A program made the position numbers and the translations under genes. Source: Candidatus Nitrospinota bacterium M3_3B_026 (GTDB lineage Bacteria > Nitrospinota_A > UBA7883 > JBPRGF01). From it: DNA of 64,000 bases. The stretch lies in assembly GCA_051418015.1 (NCBI GenBank), contig JBPRGF010000023.1, positions 64,001 through 128,000 on the forward strand, read 5' to 3'. This document shows positions 30,884 to 42,323 of the stretch, piece by piece. The notes beneath the pieces are model-generated. The model worked only from the letters and a program-made list of their open reading frames with translations. It was not told the DNA's origin and made no database searches. Each line of letters starts with the position of its first letter. The stretch's first letter is position 1.

Positions 30884-31051
30884 TCAACGCGAAGGAGCGG
30901 AGCCTGCCTGGCGCGCCTTGCTTTTCGGCGTGACGGCGGCTCCATCGGGCAGCCTGTCCTTGAACAGCGCCAAGGGCAGGAAAACCATGGCAAGGATGAT
31001 GGCCGCGGCTATGGCCGCGGGGATTATCGCCTTCCTGAAAAAACCGGGCAT
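30884..31051 (-). CDS. 55-aa single-TM small protein (not in ORF track)
   Basis: MPGFFRKAIIPAAIAAAIILAMVFLPLALFKDRLPDGAAVTPKSKARQAGSAPSR with a GGGAGGGG SD upstream. Confidence 0.55.
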   Translation of the reverse strand: MPGFFRKAIIPAAIAAAIILAMVFLPLALFKDRLPDGAAVTPKSKARQAGSAPSR

Positions 31052-31096
31052 GACAAGCCCCCTCCCGGCAGCGTCACACGCAGACCACGGCGTGGC

Positions 31097-31705
31097 CTAG
31101 TTGACATGCGCGCTCGCGGGGACGACGGCGCCGGCGGAGCTTTTCTCCCTCTGGCGCTCCAGCTCGTCGAAGTCGAGGTTCATGAACGACTTCTCCATCT
31201 GCGTCTCGTCGCTGTAATAGGTGGCCAGCCTGCCCTCTCTCATGGTGACGTAGACCTTCAGGGCCGCCTTGCGCGTCACCTCCGCCCTACCCTCGTCGTA
31301 GGTGAAGTCTATGACGCGGGTGACCCATGCCGTGAAGACGTACATGGCGGAGTCCTCACCCATGTTGTCTACGCGGTATTCGATATCGTCGACCTGCTGG
31401 CTTATGGTCTTGGCCGTCCCCAGGTAGGGCATCCTGTCGATCTCCACGGCAAGCTGCCTTTCGTCCATCCTCTCGGCCATCATGCCGCGGACGTCCTGCA
31501 GGCTCTCGTACTGCGGCTTTTCGAACTTCGACGCCACCGCCCAGAACTTCTCCGCGTCGTTCTCGTAAAAGGAATTTATCCAGCCCTTCAGAAGCGACAC
31601 CTCCGGCGGCTCCTTGGGCGCGTTTTCGATCACGCTCAGGCGAAACGCGTTGACAGCCAGGCCGAATGTGACGAAGACGAGCGCGATCACAGTGAACCTG
31701 CGCAT
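31097..31705 (-). CDS. Hypothetical exported or membrane-anchored protein
   Basis: GGAGGGG SD, N-terminal hydrophobic helix and host-like codon usage. Confidence 0.7.
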   Translation of the reverse strand: MRRFTVIALVFVTFGLAVNAFRLSVIENAPKEPPEVSLLKGWINSFYENDAEKFWAVASKFEKPQYESLQDVRGMMAERMDERQLAVEIDRMPYLGTAKTISQQVDDIEYRVDNMGEDSAMYVFTAWVTRVIDFTYDEGRAEVTRKAALKVYVTMREGRLATYYSDETQMEKSFMNLDFDELERQREKSSAGAVVPASAHVN

Positions 31706-31836
31706 ACTTTCATCCCCCTCCTTCGATTTTCAGCAATATTATCAGTTTATATCAAAACCCGGAACGATGAAAGCTCCCCCGAAGCGGCCCCGCGGCGATC
31801 TTTACGCCGGGATGACGGGCGTGTTTTCTCGATGTA

Positions 31837-31923
31837 TGGTGCCGAAGGGGGGATTCGAACCCCCACAGGCGTTCGCCCACATGATCCTGAATCATGCGCG
31901 TCTACCAGTTCCGCCACTTCGGC
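31837..31923 (-). tRNA. tRNA-Leu(CAG)
   Basis: GCCGAAG acceptor stem, CATGA-TTCAGGA-TCATG anticodon arm, long variable arm, GTTCGAATC and encoded CCA. A TTGATT-N16-TATAAT promoter lies at 31961-31934. Confidence 0.97.
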
Positions 31924-32043
31924 TGAAGGATCAATTATAACTTCATCGCGGCGAAAATCAACGCGAAGCGGTGTGTAAAACTTGCCGCCGGGTGATTGTT
32001 GGAGTAAAATCAAGCATTTTAAGAGGTTTCAGGGATCATTCTC

Positions 32044-32997
<954 letters not shown>

Positions 32998-33015
32998 CCG
33001 GGGGCGGACTCGACC

Positions 33016-33891
33016 ATGGCTGTAAAGCTCGTCGTCAACGGCTTTTTCAGAAGCGGCACGTCCGTGGCCTGGAAAATAATAAAGGAAAGCAACCCGGAGC
33101 TTTACGTCTTCTACGAGCCGTGCCACGAGATGATACTCGAACGCGTGAAAGACTTCAGGCGCGGCCGGGAGGTGGACAAGGTACATAATATGCGCCTGTG
33201 GGGCGAATACTCCCGCGTGCCATCCCTCATGAAGAAAATACGGTCAAAACACCCGAACCTCGGAAAGGGGAACATCCTGCCGAAAGACGCCCGCGCCGTG
33301 GTCGAATACGCGAGGATTTTCCACGAGCTGGACAGGGACAGCGTGTTGCAGACGAACAGGTGGAGCCTCTTCCTGGGGGAGCTTCACGGCGCCCTTGGCT
33401 GCGGCGTGATTCACATGATCCGAAACCCCTTCGACGTGTACGGCTCCATGTGGAACGTTTACATGAGACAGGGGACAGCGCCAAAGGTCCTGCTGAAGAA
33501 GGCTCTGAGGCCCTTTTTCGCCGGCCGCGCGTTCCACCTGCGGAGGATGTTCGATCTCGTCGTGAAAAAGTTTGGCGATCCCGGAGCGGGGGGCGGGACC
33601 GGCGCGTTCGACATGTTCCTGGCTGTCTGGATACATTTGAACCATCATGCCATACAGGCGGCGCGGCGGACGGGGGGCGCGGTCCTCGTGTACGAGGCGA
33701 TGACCCGCGACCCGGAAAGAGCCCGCGGGATGATCGAAAGCCGCGGAGCCGCCTTCAACCACGAGGGGGCGCTAAGAAAAAGCGAAAGACCGCGGTTTAT
33801 CGAGGAGCGAGAAAAAGAGATTCTTCTGAAAAAAGCCGGGGACATGTCACTGGAGGAGAAGATGAATATAATACTCGAGGAGACGGCATGA
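33016..33891 (+). CDS. Sulfotransferase-like protein
   Basis: GFFRSGTS (5'-PSB-like loop), FYEP and IHMIRNPFDVYGS (3'-PB-like). Confidence 0.65.
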   Translation: MAVKLVVNGFFRSGTSVAWKIIKESNPELYVFYEPCHEMILERVKDFRRGREVDKVHNMRLWGEYSRVPSLMKKIRSKHPNLGKGNILPKDARAVVEYARIFHELDRDSVLQTNRWSLFLGELHGALGCGVIHMIRNPFDVYGSMWNVYMRQGTAPKVLLKKALRPFFAGRAFHLRRMFDLVVKKFGDPGAGGGTGAFDMFLAVWIHLNHHAIQAARRTGGAVLVYEAMTRDPERARGMIESRGAAFNHEGALRKSERPRFIEEREKEILLKKAGDMSLEEKMNIILEETA

Positions 33892-33944
33892 CCCTGCCGG
33901 CTCCGGCCGCGTGGCGCGGCGCGCTAAGCAGCGCGGAGGAATAG

Positions 33945-35069
33945 TTGAAAATAGCCATTGACGTCCGCACGATAAGCAAGCCGCGCTCGGGCGTGGGCCA
34001 CTACGTCACGAACCTGATCCGCGAGCTGCAGGCGATAGACGGTGATAACAGCTACCTGTTGATATCCAACGACGGCGCCTACGAGACGGAGTTCTCCCCC
34101 CGCGCCAATTTCGAGAACTACAAAACGTGGATATCCAACGAAAACCACCTGGTAGGCGACCTGTGGGAGAGCCTGTGGCTGCCGGGAATGCTGAGAAAAC
34201 GTGGAGTGGACGTCTTCCACGGCCCGGCCTTCATGATCCCGCTGCGGCTTCCCGCCATGCGGGCAGTGGTCACCATCCACGACATCGTGGCCTTCATCAA
34301 GCCGGAGACGGTGCCGTTGAAATACGCCATGTACATGCGTTTTCTCATAAGCCTCGTGGCGCGCAAGGCTGACAGGATCATAACGCCCTCACAGTCCACG
34401 AAAAAAGACCTCGTGAACATATTGAGCATCCCCGAGGAAAGAATAAACGTCGTCTACGAGGCGGTCTCCGGGAAGTTCCGCCCCGCCGGGGACGCCGGCG
34501 TCCGCGCCGATGTGAAACGCAGGTTCGGCATACGTGACAGGTACATGCTCTTCGTGGGCAACCTTGAGCCAAGAAAAAACCTCGTCCGCCTGCTCAGGGC
34601 TTTCGAGGCGGCGCGGGAAAGACTCGGCGGCGCCTACCAGCTCGTGATCTGCGGCAAGAAAGGATGGCTCTACAAGGATATCCTGAAAACCTTCCGGGAA
34701 GTGGACAAGGGCGATGTCATCCTCACAAGCTACGTCAGCGATCCCGACCTGGTGGGGCTCTACCAGGGCGCGGACATGTTCGTTTTCCCCACCCTTTACG
34801 AAGGGTTCGGCCTGCCCGTCCTGGAGGCGATGGCCTGCGGCGCGCCGGTGATAAACTCCAACGTATCGTCCCTGCCGGAGATATCGGAGGACGCCTCCAT
34901 CCTCATAGACCCCCTGGACGTGGAGAGCATAAGCGAGGCCATGGTCAGGCTCGCCTTCTCCGAAAGCCTGAGAGACGAACTGCGGGAAAAGGGCCTGAGG
35001 CGCGCGGCCAGGTTTTCATGGACCGAGACGGCCAGAAAAACACTGGATGTATACCGGTCCGTCGCCTGA
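33945..35069 (+). CDS. GT4 (group 1) glycosyltransferase
   Basis: VVTIHD, VGNLEPRKNL and YEGFGLPVLEAMACG. Confidence 0.92.
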   Translation: MKIAIDVRTISKPRSGVGHYVTNLIRELQAIDGDNSYLLISNDGAYETEFSPRANFENYKTWISNENHLVGDLWESLWLPGMLRKRGVDVFHGPAFMIPLRLPAMRAVVTIHDIVAFIKPETVPLKYAMYMRFLISLVARKADRIITPSQSTKKDLVNILSIPEERINVVYEAVSGKFRPAGDAGVRADVKRRFGIRDRYMLFVGNLEPRKNLVRLLRAFEAARERLGGAYQLVICGKKGWLYKDILKTFREVDKGDVILTSYVSDPDLVGLYQGADMFVFPTLYEGFGLPVLEAMACGAPVINSNVSSLPEISEDASILIDPLDVESISEAMVRLAFSESLRDELREKGLRRAARFSWTETARKTLDVYRSVA

Positions 35070-35099
35070 GGCCGCCCATAGACGCAGGGAGAGGGCGCG

Positions 35100-36263
35100 A
35101 TGATTTTTTACCTTGCCTGTCTTCTCGCCGTGATGGCGGTTGGCGCCGCCGGGGCGGCCTTCGTCTTTTTCTACCGCCCGTTCAGCCTCGGCCCGGAGCC
35201 GGGCGCGGCTTTGCCGGAGAGTTTTTTTGAGCCGCCAACTGGGCCGCCGCCCGGCCTCCGGCTCCTGTACGGCGGCGGCGAGGCGTTCGAGGCGATATTC
35301 GAGATCATCGGGAAAGCGGAGAGGTCCATAACGGTCCAGACTTTCATATGGGAGATGGACGACACCGGCGCCAGGATGGCCGGCGCGCTGCTGGCGGCGG
35401 CGGACAGGGGCGCGCGCGTGGTGATACGCAAGGATATGACGGGCGTCTACTTCGAGCTTCAAACCATGCTGCGGAAGGGGATACGGCCGGCGCTGCTCGA
35501 CCCCCGGATCAGGCGGAACCCCAATATCGACGTCCGCCTGAACATTCTAGGGTCCGCCGACCACAGCAAGTATTACATAGCCGACGGCCGCCGGGCGGTG
35601 TTCGGCGGGATGAACATAACCGACAACTGCCGCTTGCGATGGCGCGACTACATGGTCATGATCGATTCGGCCGAGTGGGCCGCCGGGTTTGAAAGGAAGG
35701 TCCTGGATGATGAAATCTGGCCGGAGGAAGCGCCTTTCAGGATTCTCACGAACAGCCGCCGCGCCCTCGAGATAAGGCCCGCGCTGTCGCAGGCGTTCTC
35801 CCGCGCCCGGGAAAGCGTGATCCTAGACCACGCCTATTTTTCCGACGAGACGATGATATCCGCCGTCATGGAAGCGGCCCGCCGCGGCGTGAAGGTGACG
35901 CTGATCCTGCCCCGCTCCCCGGACACGCACGGACTCGCCAACCTGGCCACGGTGAACCGTCTTCTCGCCTCGCTCCCGCCGGAACGGCTGGAGGTGTACC
36001 TTAATTCCCGCATGAGCCACGCCAAGGCCGCCCTCATCGACGGCGCCATCGCCTTCGTGGGATCGGCCAACCTCACCCACAGGAGCATGAGACGAAGCCG
36101 GGAGACGGTCCTCGCCCTCCACGGCCGCCCTGACGACCCTTTCATAGCGAAACTGCGGGAGAAGATGCTCGAGTCCATGGCCGAAAGCGAGCGCGTGACC
36201 GCGCCATTTGAGCTGGGCGCCGTGGGGCGCGTCCGGGCGCTTGTGGGAAAATACACATGGTGA
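35100..36263 (+). CDS. Phospholipase D / cardiolipin synthase-like protein
   Basis: Two HKD motifs (HSKYYIAD...GGMN and HAKAALID...GSAN) plus an N-terminal TM helix. Confidence 0.82.
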   Translation: MIFYLACLLAVMAVGAAGAAFVFFYRPFSLGPEPGAALPESFFEPPTGPPPGLRLLYGGGEAFEAIFEIIGKAERSITVQTFIWEMDDTGARMAGALLAAADRGARVVIRKDMTGVYFELQTMLRKGIRPALLDPRIRRNPNIDVRLNILGSADHSKYYIADGRRAVFGGMNITDNCRLRWRDYMVMIDSAEWAAGFERKVLDDEIWPEEAPFRILTNSRRALEIRPALSQAFSRARESVILDHAYFSDETMISAVMEAARRGVKVTLILPRSPDTHGLANLATVNRLLASLPPERLEVYLNSRMSHAKAALIDGAIAFVGSANLTHRSMRRSRETVLALHGRPDDPFIAKLREKMLESMAESERVTAPFELGAVGRVRALVGKYTW

Positions 36264-36296
36264 AAACCGGAACACAGCCTGAAGCTCCCCCTCAAA

Positions 36297-37415
36297 ATGT
36301 CCGGCCCGATCCCTTATAATCTCACGATGAGCGTGATAAAAACAGCCGCGGCTATACTGGCCCTTTGCTGGGCGGGCGCGGCGGCGGCCCAGCCTTTTTT
36401 CGGTTCGGATCTTGTCTTTCCCCCAAAGGGGTTCGGAAGGCCCCACGGCGCCTCCATGGTGGAGCTTGAAAACGGCGGCATACTGGCGACGTGGTTTTCC
36501 TCCAGGGAGGAGACGACCAAAGACGCGAGGATCTTCGGCGCGGAATGGAGCAGAAAAACGGGAAAGTGGACTGACCCCAGGACGATCATCCCCGACGACT
36601 ACTCAAAATCCGTCGGCAACACGGCCCTGTTCCGCGACGACGACGGCGTAATATGGATGTTCTTCGCCGCGGTGGTCGCTGGCGGGTGGAGCGGGGCGGT
36701 GGTGGACTACGTCCAGTCCCGCGACGAGGGGAGGACGTGGAGCGGGGGTGAAAGACTCGTCGGCTGGCCCGGCAACCTGCCGAGGAACACCCCGATCCGC
36801 GTGGGGAGGCGCCAGATGCTCGTCCCGCTTTTCGTCGATTTCTGGTACGAAGCCGGCCTCGTCGGCGCCTACACCGCTCTCATAAAGTACAAGGACGGAA
36901 ATATCCTGGAGAAAAAGTACGCCTCCATGGACGACGAGGACGCCATACAGCCCGCCGTGGTAAAACTGTCCGACGGCCGGATACTGGCCCTGATGCGGGA
37001 CAAGACCGACAGGTTCATCCGCAGGGCCTGGTCAGACGACGGGGGCGAGAGCTGGTCGCCCGTCACGATGACCACGCTGCCGAATCCCGGCGCGGCCATC
37101 CACGCCATATATATTGATGAGCTGTCCGCCGTCCTGCTGGCCTACAACCATTCCAGGAAGGGCCGGAACCCTCTTTCGCTGGCCGTCTCCACGGACGGCG
37201 GGATGACTTTCAAAAGGATCGCCGACCTTGAGAGAGAACCGGGGGACGAGGAGGCGAGCTTTTCGTACCCCACGCTCCTTCGGACGAAGGACGGGTTGAT
37301 CCACGCCATCTGGTCCCACGACTCCCGCGCCACGTTAAAGCACGTCAGGTTCAACATCGACTGGCTGATGGAGCGCATGGCGCGCCACGGCCCGGACGGA
37401 GAGAAAAAGCCCTGA
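36297..37415 (+). CDS. Secreted BNR/Asp-box sialidase-like beta-propeller
   Basis: Signal peptide; Asp-boxes SRDEGRTW, SDDGGESW and STDGGMTF; FSYP. Confidence 0.8.
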   Translation: MSGPIPYNLTMSVIKTAAAILALCWAGAAAAQPFFGSDLVFPPKGFGRPHGASMVELENGGILATWFSSREETTKDARIFGAEWSRKTGKWTDPRTIIPDDYSKSVGNTALFRDDDGVIWMFFAAVVAGGWSGAVVDYVQSRDEGRTWSGGERLVGWPGNLPRNTPIRVGRRQMLVPLFVDFWYEAGLVGAYTALIKYKDGNILEKKYASMDDEDAIQPAVVKLSDGRILALMRDKTDRFIRRAWSDDGGESWSPVTMTTLPNPGAAIHAIYIDELSAVLLAYNHSRKGRNPLSLAVSTDGGMTFKRIADLEREPGDEEASFSYPTLLRTKDGLIHAIWSHDSRATLKHVRFNIDWLMERMARHGPDGEKKP

Positions 37416-37450
37416 CCCTCCCCGCGTTTGCTGGTAAAATGCCGGGCCAC

Positions 37451-37479
37451 TTGACATGATCTTCACATAAGGATATTTT
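37451..37479 (+). promoter_or_regulatory. Sigma70-like promoter upstream of fabD
   Basis: TTGACA-N17-TATTTT. Confidence 0.45.
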
Positions 37480-37493
37480 TCTAGCCTTTATCC

Positions 37494-38465
37494 TTGCTTG
37501 ACGATTTCATCATGGTTGACAGTATGAACCCGGACACCGCTTTCGTCTTTCCCGGCCAGGGGTCGCAGTTTGTCGGGATGGGCGCCTCCATCATCGAGTC
37601 CCGCCGGGAGGCGGCCGCCCGCATGGAGGAGGCCGGCGATGTCCTTGGATTCGACATAGGCCGCCTCATCGCCGAGGGGCCGGAGGACCAGCTCGCCCTC
37701 ACCGCCAACACCCAGCCCGCCATACTGCTGGTGTCGTATATTGCCCTGGAGGCCCTGCTCGGCCGCGAGCCGATAGAGCCCGTGGCGGCGGCGGGGCACA
37801 GCCTTGGGGAGTTCACCGCCTGCCTGGCGGCGGGGGCCATCGGTTTCGCCGACGCCCTGCGGCTCGTGCGCAAAAGAGGCGAGCTGATGCAGTCCGCCGC
37901 GCCCGTGGGCGTGGGGGCCATGGCGGCCGTCATCGGCCTTGACGCGGACACTGTCGCGGCGGCTTGCGCCGAGGCGGGGGGGATGGCGGCTCCGGCGAAC
38001 TTCAACAGCCCGGAGCAGACGGTGATAGCGGGCGAGACAGCGGCGGTGGAGCGGGCCATGGAAATCGCGAAGGAGAAGGGCGCGAAAAAGGCCGTCCGGC
38101 TGCAGGTGAGCGCGCCGTTCCACACCTCGATGATGGAACCCGCGCGGGCCGGGCTGGCGGAGTTCATGGAGACGATAGAGTTTTCGGACCCGCGTTTCCC
38201 CGTGATACGCAACGTCGACGCCAGCGCGTCACGGACGGCGGAAGAGGTCAAAGACGGGCTCATCCGGCAGGTGACAGGTTGCGTGCGATGGGTGGACTCC
38301 GTGATGGAGATAAAACGGATGGGGGTGGGACGCGTCCTGGAGGTGGGGCCGGGCAGGACGCTTTGCGGCCTTATAAAGAGGATAGACAGGTCCATCGAGA
38401 CATCGCCCGCCGGGTCGATGGAAGATATGGACAGGATCGTGGAGGCGTATCATGGGCAGGCTTGA
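37494..38465 (+). CDS. fabD: Malonyl-CoA:ACP transacylase (start may be 37524)
   Basis: FPGQGSQ, TQPAIL, GHSLGE and VSAPFH. Confidence 0.95.
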   Translation: MLDDFIMVDSMNPDTAFVFPGQGSQFVGMGASIIESRREAAARMEEAGDVLGFDIGRLIAEGPEDQLALTANTQPAILLVSYIALEALLGREPIEPVAAAGHSLGEFTACLAAGAIGFADALRLVRKRGELMQSAAPVGVGAMAAVIGLDADTVAAACAEAGGMAAPANFNSPEQTVIAGETAAVERAMEIAKEKGAKKAVRLQVSAPFHTSMMEPARAGLAEFMETIEFSDPRFPVIRNVDASASRTAEEVKDGLIRQVTGCVRWVDSVMEIKRMGVGRVLEVGPGRTLCGLIKRIDRSIETSPAGSMEDMDRIVEAYHGQA

Positions 38466-39195
38466 GGGCATGGCGGCCATTGTGACAGGCGCGGCCAGGG
38501 GCATCGGCCGGGCGGTGGCGGAGGCTTTCGCCGCCGAGGGGGCGGACCTTGCCCTCGTCACGCTGAAAAGCCCGCTGGACAGCCTCGCCGAGAGCCTGCG
38601 GGCGAGGGGCGCACGCGTGGAGATATTCACCGGCGACGTGGCGGACGCCGCCTTCGCGAAGAAGACGGTGGACGGCGCCGCGGAGTCCTTCGGGAAGGTG
38701 GACATACTCGTCAACAACGCCGGGATCACCAGGGACGGGCTTTTGATGCGTATGTCCGAGGAGGATTTCGACGAGGTGATAAGGGTGAACCTGAAGGGCG
38801 CCTTCAACATGACGAAAGCCGCGGCGGCCAGGATGGTAAGGGCGCGGCGGGGCAGGATAATAAACGTCTCGTCGGTGGTGGGCCAGGTGGGGAACGCCGG
38901 GCAGGCCAACTACGCCTCTTCGAAGGCGGGCCTTCTGGGGATGACCAAGTCCGCCGCCCGGGAGCTTGCGCCGAGGGGGATCACCGTCAACGCGGTGGCC
39001 CCCGGGTTCATAGAGACCGACATGACGGCGTCCCTGCCTGAAAAGGTCAGGGAGGAGACCCTGAAGGCGATCCCCCTCGGCAGGTTCGGGAAGGCTCCGG
39101 ACGTGGCCGCGGCGGCGGTGTTCCTGGCCTCTGAGGAGGCGGGATACATCACCGGGGCCACAATTTCCGTAAACGGCGGCATGGCCATGATTTAA
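38452..39195 (+). CDS. fabG: 3-oxoacyl-ACP reductase
   Basis: TGAARGIG, NNAGITRD and GQANYASSK. Confidence 0.95.
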   Translation: MGRLEGMAAIVTGAARGIGRAVAEAFAAEGADLALVTLKSPLDSLAESLRARGARVEIFTGDVADAAFAKKTVDGAAESFGKVDILVNNAGITRDGLLMRMSEEDFDEVIRVNLKGAFNMTKAAAARMVRARRGRIINVSSVVGQVGNAGQANYASSKAGLLGMTKSAARELAPRGITVNAVAPGFIETDMTASLPEKVREETLKAIPLGRFGKAPDVAAAAVFLASEEAGYITGATISVNGGMAMI

Positions 39196-39258
39196 GGCTT
39201 GGCTTTTGCCGGGATTCTATTACAATAACTCAACGGCGTTTCACAGGAGAAGGAGAGC

Positions 39259-39498
39259 ATGTCGATAGAAGATAAGGTCAAGTCGATCATAGTGGAACAG
39301 CTGGAGGTGGACTCCGAAAAGGTCACCCCCGAAGCCAAATTCGACGCGGACCTGAACGCGGACTCGCTCGACGTGGTCGAGCTGGTGATGGCGTTCGAGG
39401 AGGCGTTTGACATCGAAATACCGGACGAGGACGCGGAGAAGATACAGACCGTTCAACAAGCGATAGACTACATAGCGGCCACCGCGAAAAAAGACTGA
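39259..39498 (+). CDS. acpP: Acyl carrier protein
   Basis: [15 protein letters not shown]. Candidate promoter TTGGCT-N16-TACAAT at 39199-39226. Confidence 0.96.
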   Translation: MSIEDKVKSIIVEQLEVDSEKVTPEAKFDADLNADSLDVVELVMAFEEAFDIEIPDEDAEKIQTVQQAIDYIAATAKKD

Positions 39499-39586
39499 CC
39501 GCGCCCTCCAGCCCCGCGCGTTCCAGCGCGGCCGTGGCCGGCGCCATGATGATTATTTTCCAGCGATTTCTCTCAGCGGACAGCCG

Positions 39587-40837
39587 ATGAAAAAAGTCGC
39601 CGTAACGGGCCTTGGCATGATAACCCCCCTCGGCGTCGGCGTCGAAAAGACGTGGGCGAACGCCGTGGAGGGCCGCTCCGGCATAGGCCCCATAACACGA
39701 TTCGACGCCTCCGGATATCCCTGCCGGATAGCGGGTGAGGTGAAGGGCTTCGATCCGCTCGATCACATGGAGGGCAAGGAGGCGAAGAAGATGGACACCT
39801 TCATCCATTACGCCATCGCCTCCACCCGGTTCGCCCTGGAGGACGCGGGGATAGACGCGGACCGGCTGACCGAGGCCGAGCGGGAGCGTTTCGGCGTGGT
39901 GATCGGGACGGGGATAGGCGGACTGCCGGAGATAGAGAAGACCGCCAACGTGCTCAAGGACCGGGGACCGCGCAAGGTCTCGCCCTTCTTCATCCCCGCG
40001 GTGCTGGCCAACCTGGCCACGGGGCAGGTGACCATACATTTCAAGCTTAAAGGCCCCAGCGGCTGCCCCGTGACGGCCTGCACCACCGGATCCTCGGCCA
40101 TAGGCGACGCGGCGAGGATGATAGAGCGCGGCGACGTGGACATCGTAGTGGCCGGGGGGACCGAGGCGGCCATCACGGGGCTCGGCGTGGCCGGGTTCGC
40201 GGCCTCCAGGGCGCTGAGCAGAAGAAACGACGAGCCCGAGAAAGCCAGCCGCCCCTTTGACCGGGACCGGGACGGCTTCGTGATGGGCGAGGGCGCCGGC
40301 GTGATGGTGCTGGAGAGCAGGGAACACGCGGAAGCGCGCGGCGCGAGGGTCTACGCGGACCTCATAGGCTACGGCATGAGCTCCGACGCCTACCACATAA
40401 CCGCGCCGCCGCCGGATGGCTCCGGCGCGGTGGTGTGCATGAGCCACGCCATCCGCGACGCGGGGATCCTCCCGGAGCGGATTGACTACATAAACGCCCA
40501 CGCCACGTCCACCATGGCCGACGCCATCGAGACCCAGGCCATCAGACGGGCTTTCGGGGAGAGCGCGGACAGGCTGGTGGTCTCCTCGACGAAATCGATG
40601 ACCGGCCACCTGCTCGGCGCGGCTGGGGGCATAGAGGCGATATTCGCCGTCAAGGCGATCGAAACGGGAATCATCCCGCCGACCATAAACCTGGACAACC
40701 CGGATCCGGAGTGCGACCTTTTCTACGCCCCCAACAAGGCGGTGGAAAGGAAGGTGAGTTTCGCCCTGTCGAACTCGTTCGGCTTCGGCGGGGTGAACGG
40801 CAGCCTCGTTTTCGCAAGGAGCGGGGAGGACGATTAA
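39587..40837 (+). CDS. fabF: Beta-ketoacyl-ACP synthase II
   Basis: TACTTG, NAHATST, GHLLGAAG and SNSFGFGG. Confidence 0.95.
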   Translation: MKKVAVTGLGMITPLGVGVEKTWANAVEGRSGIGPITRFDASGYPCRIAGEVKGFDPLDHMEGKEAKKMDTFIHYAIASTRFALEDAGIDADRLTEAERERFGVVIGTGIGGLPEIEKTANVLKDRGPRKVSPFFIPAVLANLATGQVTIHFKLKGPSGCPVTACTTGSSAIGDAARMIERGDVDIVVAGGTEAAITGLGVAGFAASRALSRRNDEPEKASRPFDRDRDGFVMGEGAGVMVLESREHAEARGARVYADLIGYGMSSDAYHITAPPPDGSGAVVCMSHAIRDAGILPERIDYINAHATSTMADAIETQAIRRAFGESADRLVVSSTKSMTGHLLGAAGGIEAIFAVKAIETGIIPPTINLDNPDPECDLFYAPNKAVERKVSFALSNSFGFGGVNGSLVFARSGEDD

Positions 40838-40902
40838 CGGCCCGTTGTTTTTCATGATTTCTCCCAAAACAATCTCCCCCGAGCCTGGAGGCGGCGCCTG
40901 TC

Positions 40903-41649
40903 GTGGCAGTGGATGACGAAAGGAAAAAGGAGCTTTTAGCCCTTTCGGAGCGGCTGGGCCACGCCTTTCGCGACCTGGAGCTTCTGAACGTGGCCCTCAC
41001 CCACAGGTCCTACGCCAACGAGAGGGTGGACGAGCAGGTGGAAGACAACGAGAGGATGGAGTTTCTGGGCGACTCCGTCCTGGATCTCATAGTCTCCCGC
41101 TACCTTCTTTTCCTTGGCGACGACATGAGCGAGGGGGAACTGTCCCGCATCCGCTCCCAGCTCGTGAACGAAACCTCCCTGGCGAGGTTCGCCCGCGACA
41201 TAGGCCTCGGCGGGTACCTTCTGCTCGGCAAGGGAGAGGAAGGATCCGGGGGCAGGGACAAAAACTCCATCCTGGCCAACGCCTTCGAGGCCGTCGTCGC
41301 CGCCGTGTTTCTCGACTCGTCCTTCGACATAGCCTATCAGTCCCTGCTCGGCCTGCTGAAGGACGCCATAGACGACACCGTGTGCCTCAAGGGAGTGAGC
41401 GACTACAAGGGCCAGCTCCAGAAGCTGATGAAGGCCATGGGCCTTGCGAACCCTTCGTACAGGCTCGTGGAGGAGGCCGGGCCCGATCATTGCAAAACCT
41501 TCAAGGCGCAGGCCCTGGTCATGGGCGAGCCGTGGGGCGTCGGCGTCGGCCGGGCCAAGAAGGAGGCCGAGCAGGCGGCGGCGAGGGAGGCCTACGAGAG
41601 AGTCAGGAACCTGCGTGAGCCGCCGGATGATTTCAAACCCTGCGAATAG
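40903..41649 (+). CDS. rnc: Ribonuclease III
   Basis: ALTHRSY, NERMEFLGDSVL and a C-terminal dsRBD (KKEAEQAAA). Confidence 0.95.
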   Translation: MAVDDERKKELLALSERLGHAFRDLELLNVALTHRSYANERVDEQVEDNERMEFLGDSVLDLIVSRYLLFLGDDMSEGELSRIRSQLVNETSLARFARDIGLGGYLLLGKGEEGSGGRDKNSILANAFEAVVAAVFLDSSFDIAYQSLLGLLKDAIDDTVCLKGVSDYKGQLQKLMKAMGLANPSYRLVEEAGPDHCKTFKAQALVMGEPWGVGVGRAKKEAEQAAAREAYERVRNLREPPDDFKPCE

Positions 41650-42307
41650 GCCCCGGCCGGCGGGCGCCGTCGCCCTGGCGGAGCTTTACGCCTCCATACA
41701 GGGGGAGGGAACCCGCGTGGGGCGGCCGTGCGTCTTCGTCCGTCTCGCGGGCTGCAACCTGGAATGCGTCTACTGCGACTCGGAACACGCCGCCAGGGGC
41801 GAGGGGATTCTGACCGGCGTGGGAGATATCGTCTCGCGGGTCAGGGGATACGGCGTCCGCCTCGTACAGGTCACCGGCGGTGAGCCGCTGATCCAGCCCG
41901 CGGCGGGGGAGCTTGTCACGAGTCTTCTGGACGCGGGGCTCGAGGTTGTCGTGGAGACCAACGGGACCGTGGACATCGGCCTTTTCGACCGGCGGGCCTC
42001 CTGCGTCGTGGACATAAAGACCCCCGGCTCCGGCGCGGGCGGCTCTTTCCTGGAGGCGAACTTCGACCGGCTCCGCCCGGACGACGAGGTAAAGTTCGTG
42101 GTGGTCTCCCGCGAGGATTTCGACTGGGCGATGTCAGTCGTCAGGGAGAGGCGGCTTCACGAGCGGCTGACCGTCCTGTTCTCCGCGGCGTGGGGGATGG
42201 TCGGCCTCAAGGAGCTGGCCTCGTGGATCATCGGGTCCGGGCTGGACATCAGGCTTAACCCGCAGTTGCACAAACATATCTGGAGCCCGGACGCGCGGGG
42301 GGTTTAG
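41627..42307 (+). CDS. queE: 7-carboxy-7-deazaguanine synthase (radical SAM)
   Basis: SIQGEG, CNLECVYCD, TGGEPL, ETNGT and QLHKHIW. Start taken at ATG 41627. Confidence 0.88.
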   Translation: MISNPANRPRPAGAVALAELYASIQGEGTRVGRPCVFVRLAGCNLECVYCDSEHAARGEGILTGVGDIVSRVRGYGVRLVQVTGGEPLIQPAAGELVTSLLDAGLEVVVETNGTVDIGLFDRRASCVVDIKTPGSGAGGSFLEANFDRLRPDDEVKFVVVSREDFDWAMSVVRERRLHERLTVLFSAAWGMVGLKELASWIIGSGLDIRLNPQLHKHIWSPDARGV

Positions 42308-42323
42308 AGAAACGCCGTCAGCC

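Noticed and set aside
31837..31923. tRNA-Leu as an integration site for an island
   Set aside because: No integrase is present and I saw no duplicate of the tRNA 3' end in the window.
30359..31978. 539-aa plus-strand ORF
   Set aside because: It overlaps the RRM gene, a terminator, two antisense genes and the tRNA, so it is spurious.
37494..40837. Type II polyketide cluster
   Set aside because: Standard fabD-fabG-acpP-fabF-rnc order with no chain-length factor or cyclase.
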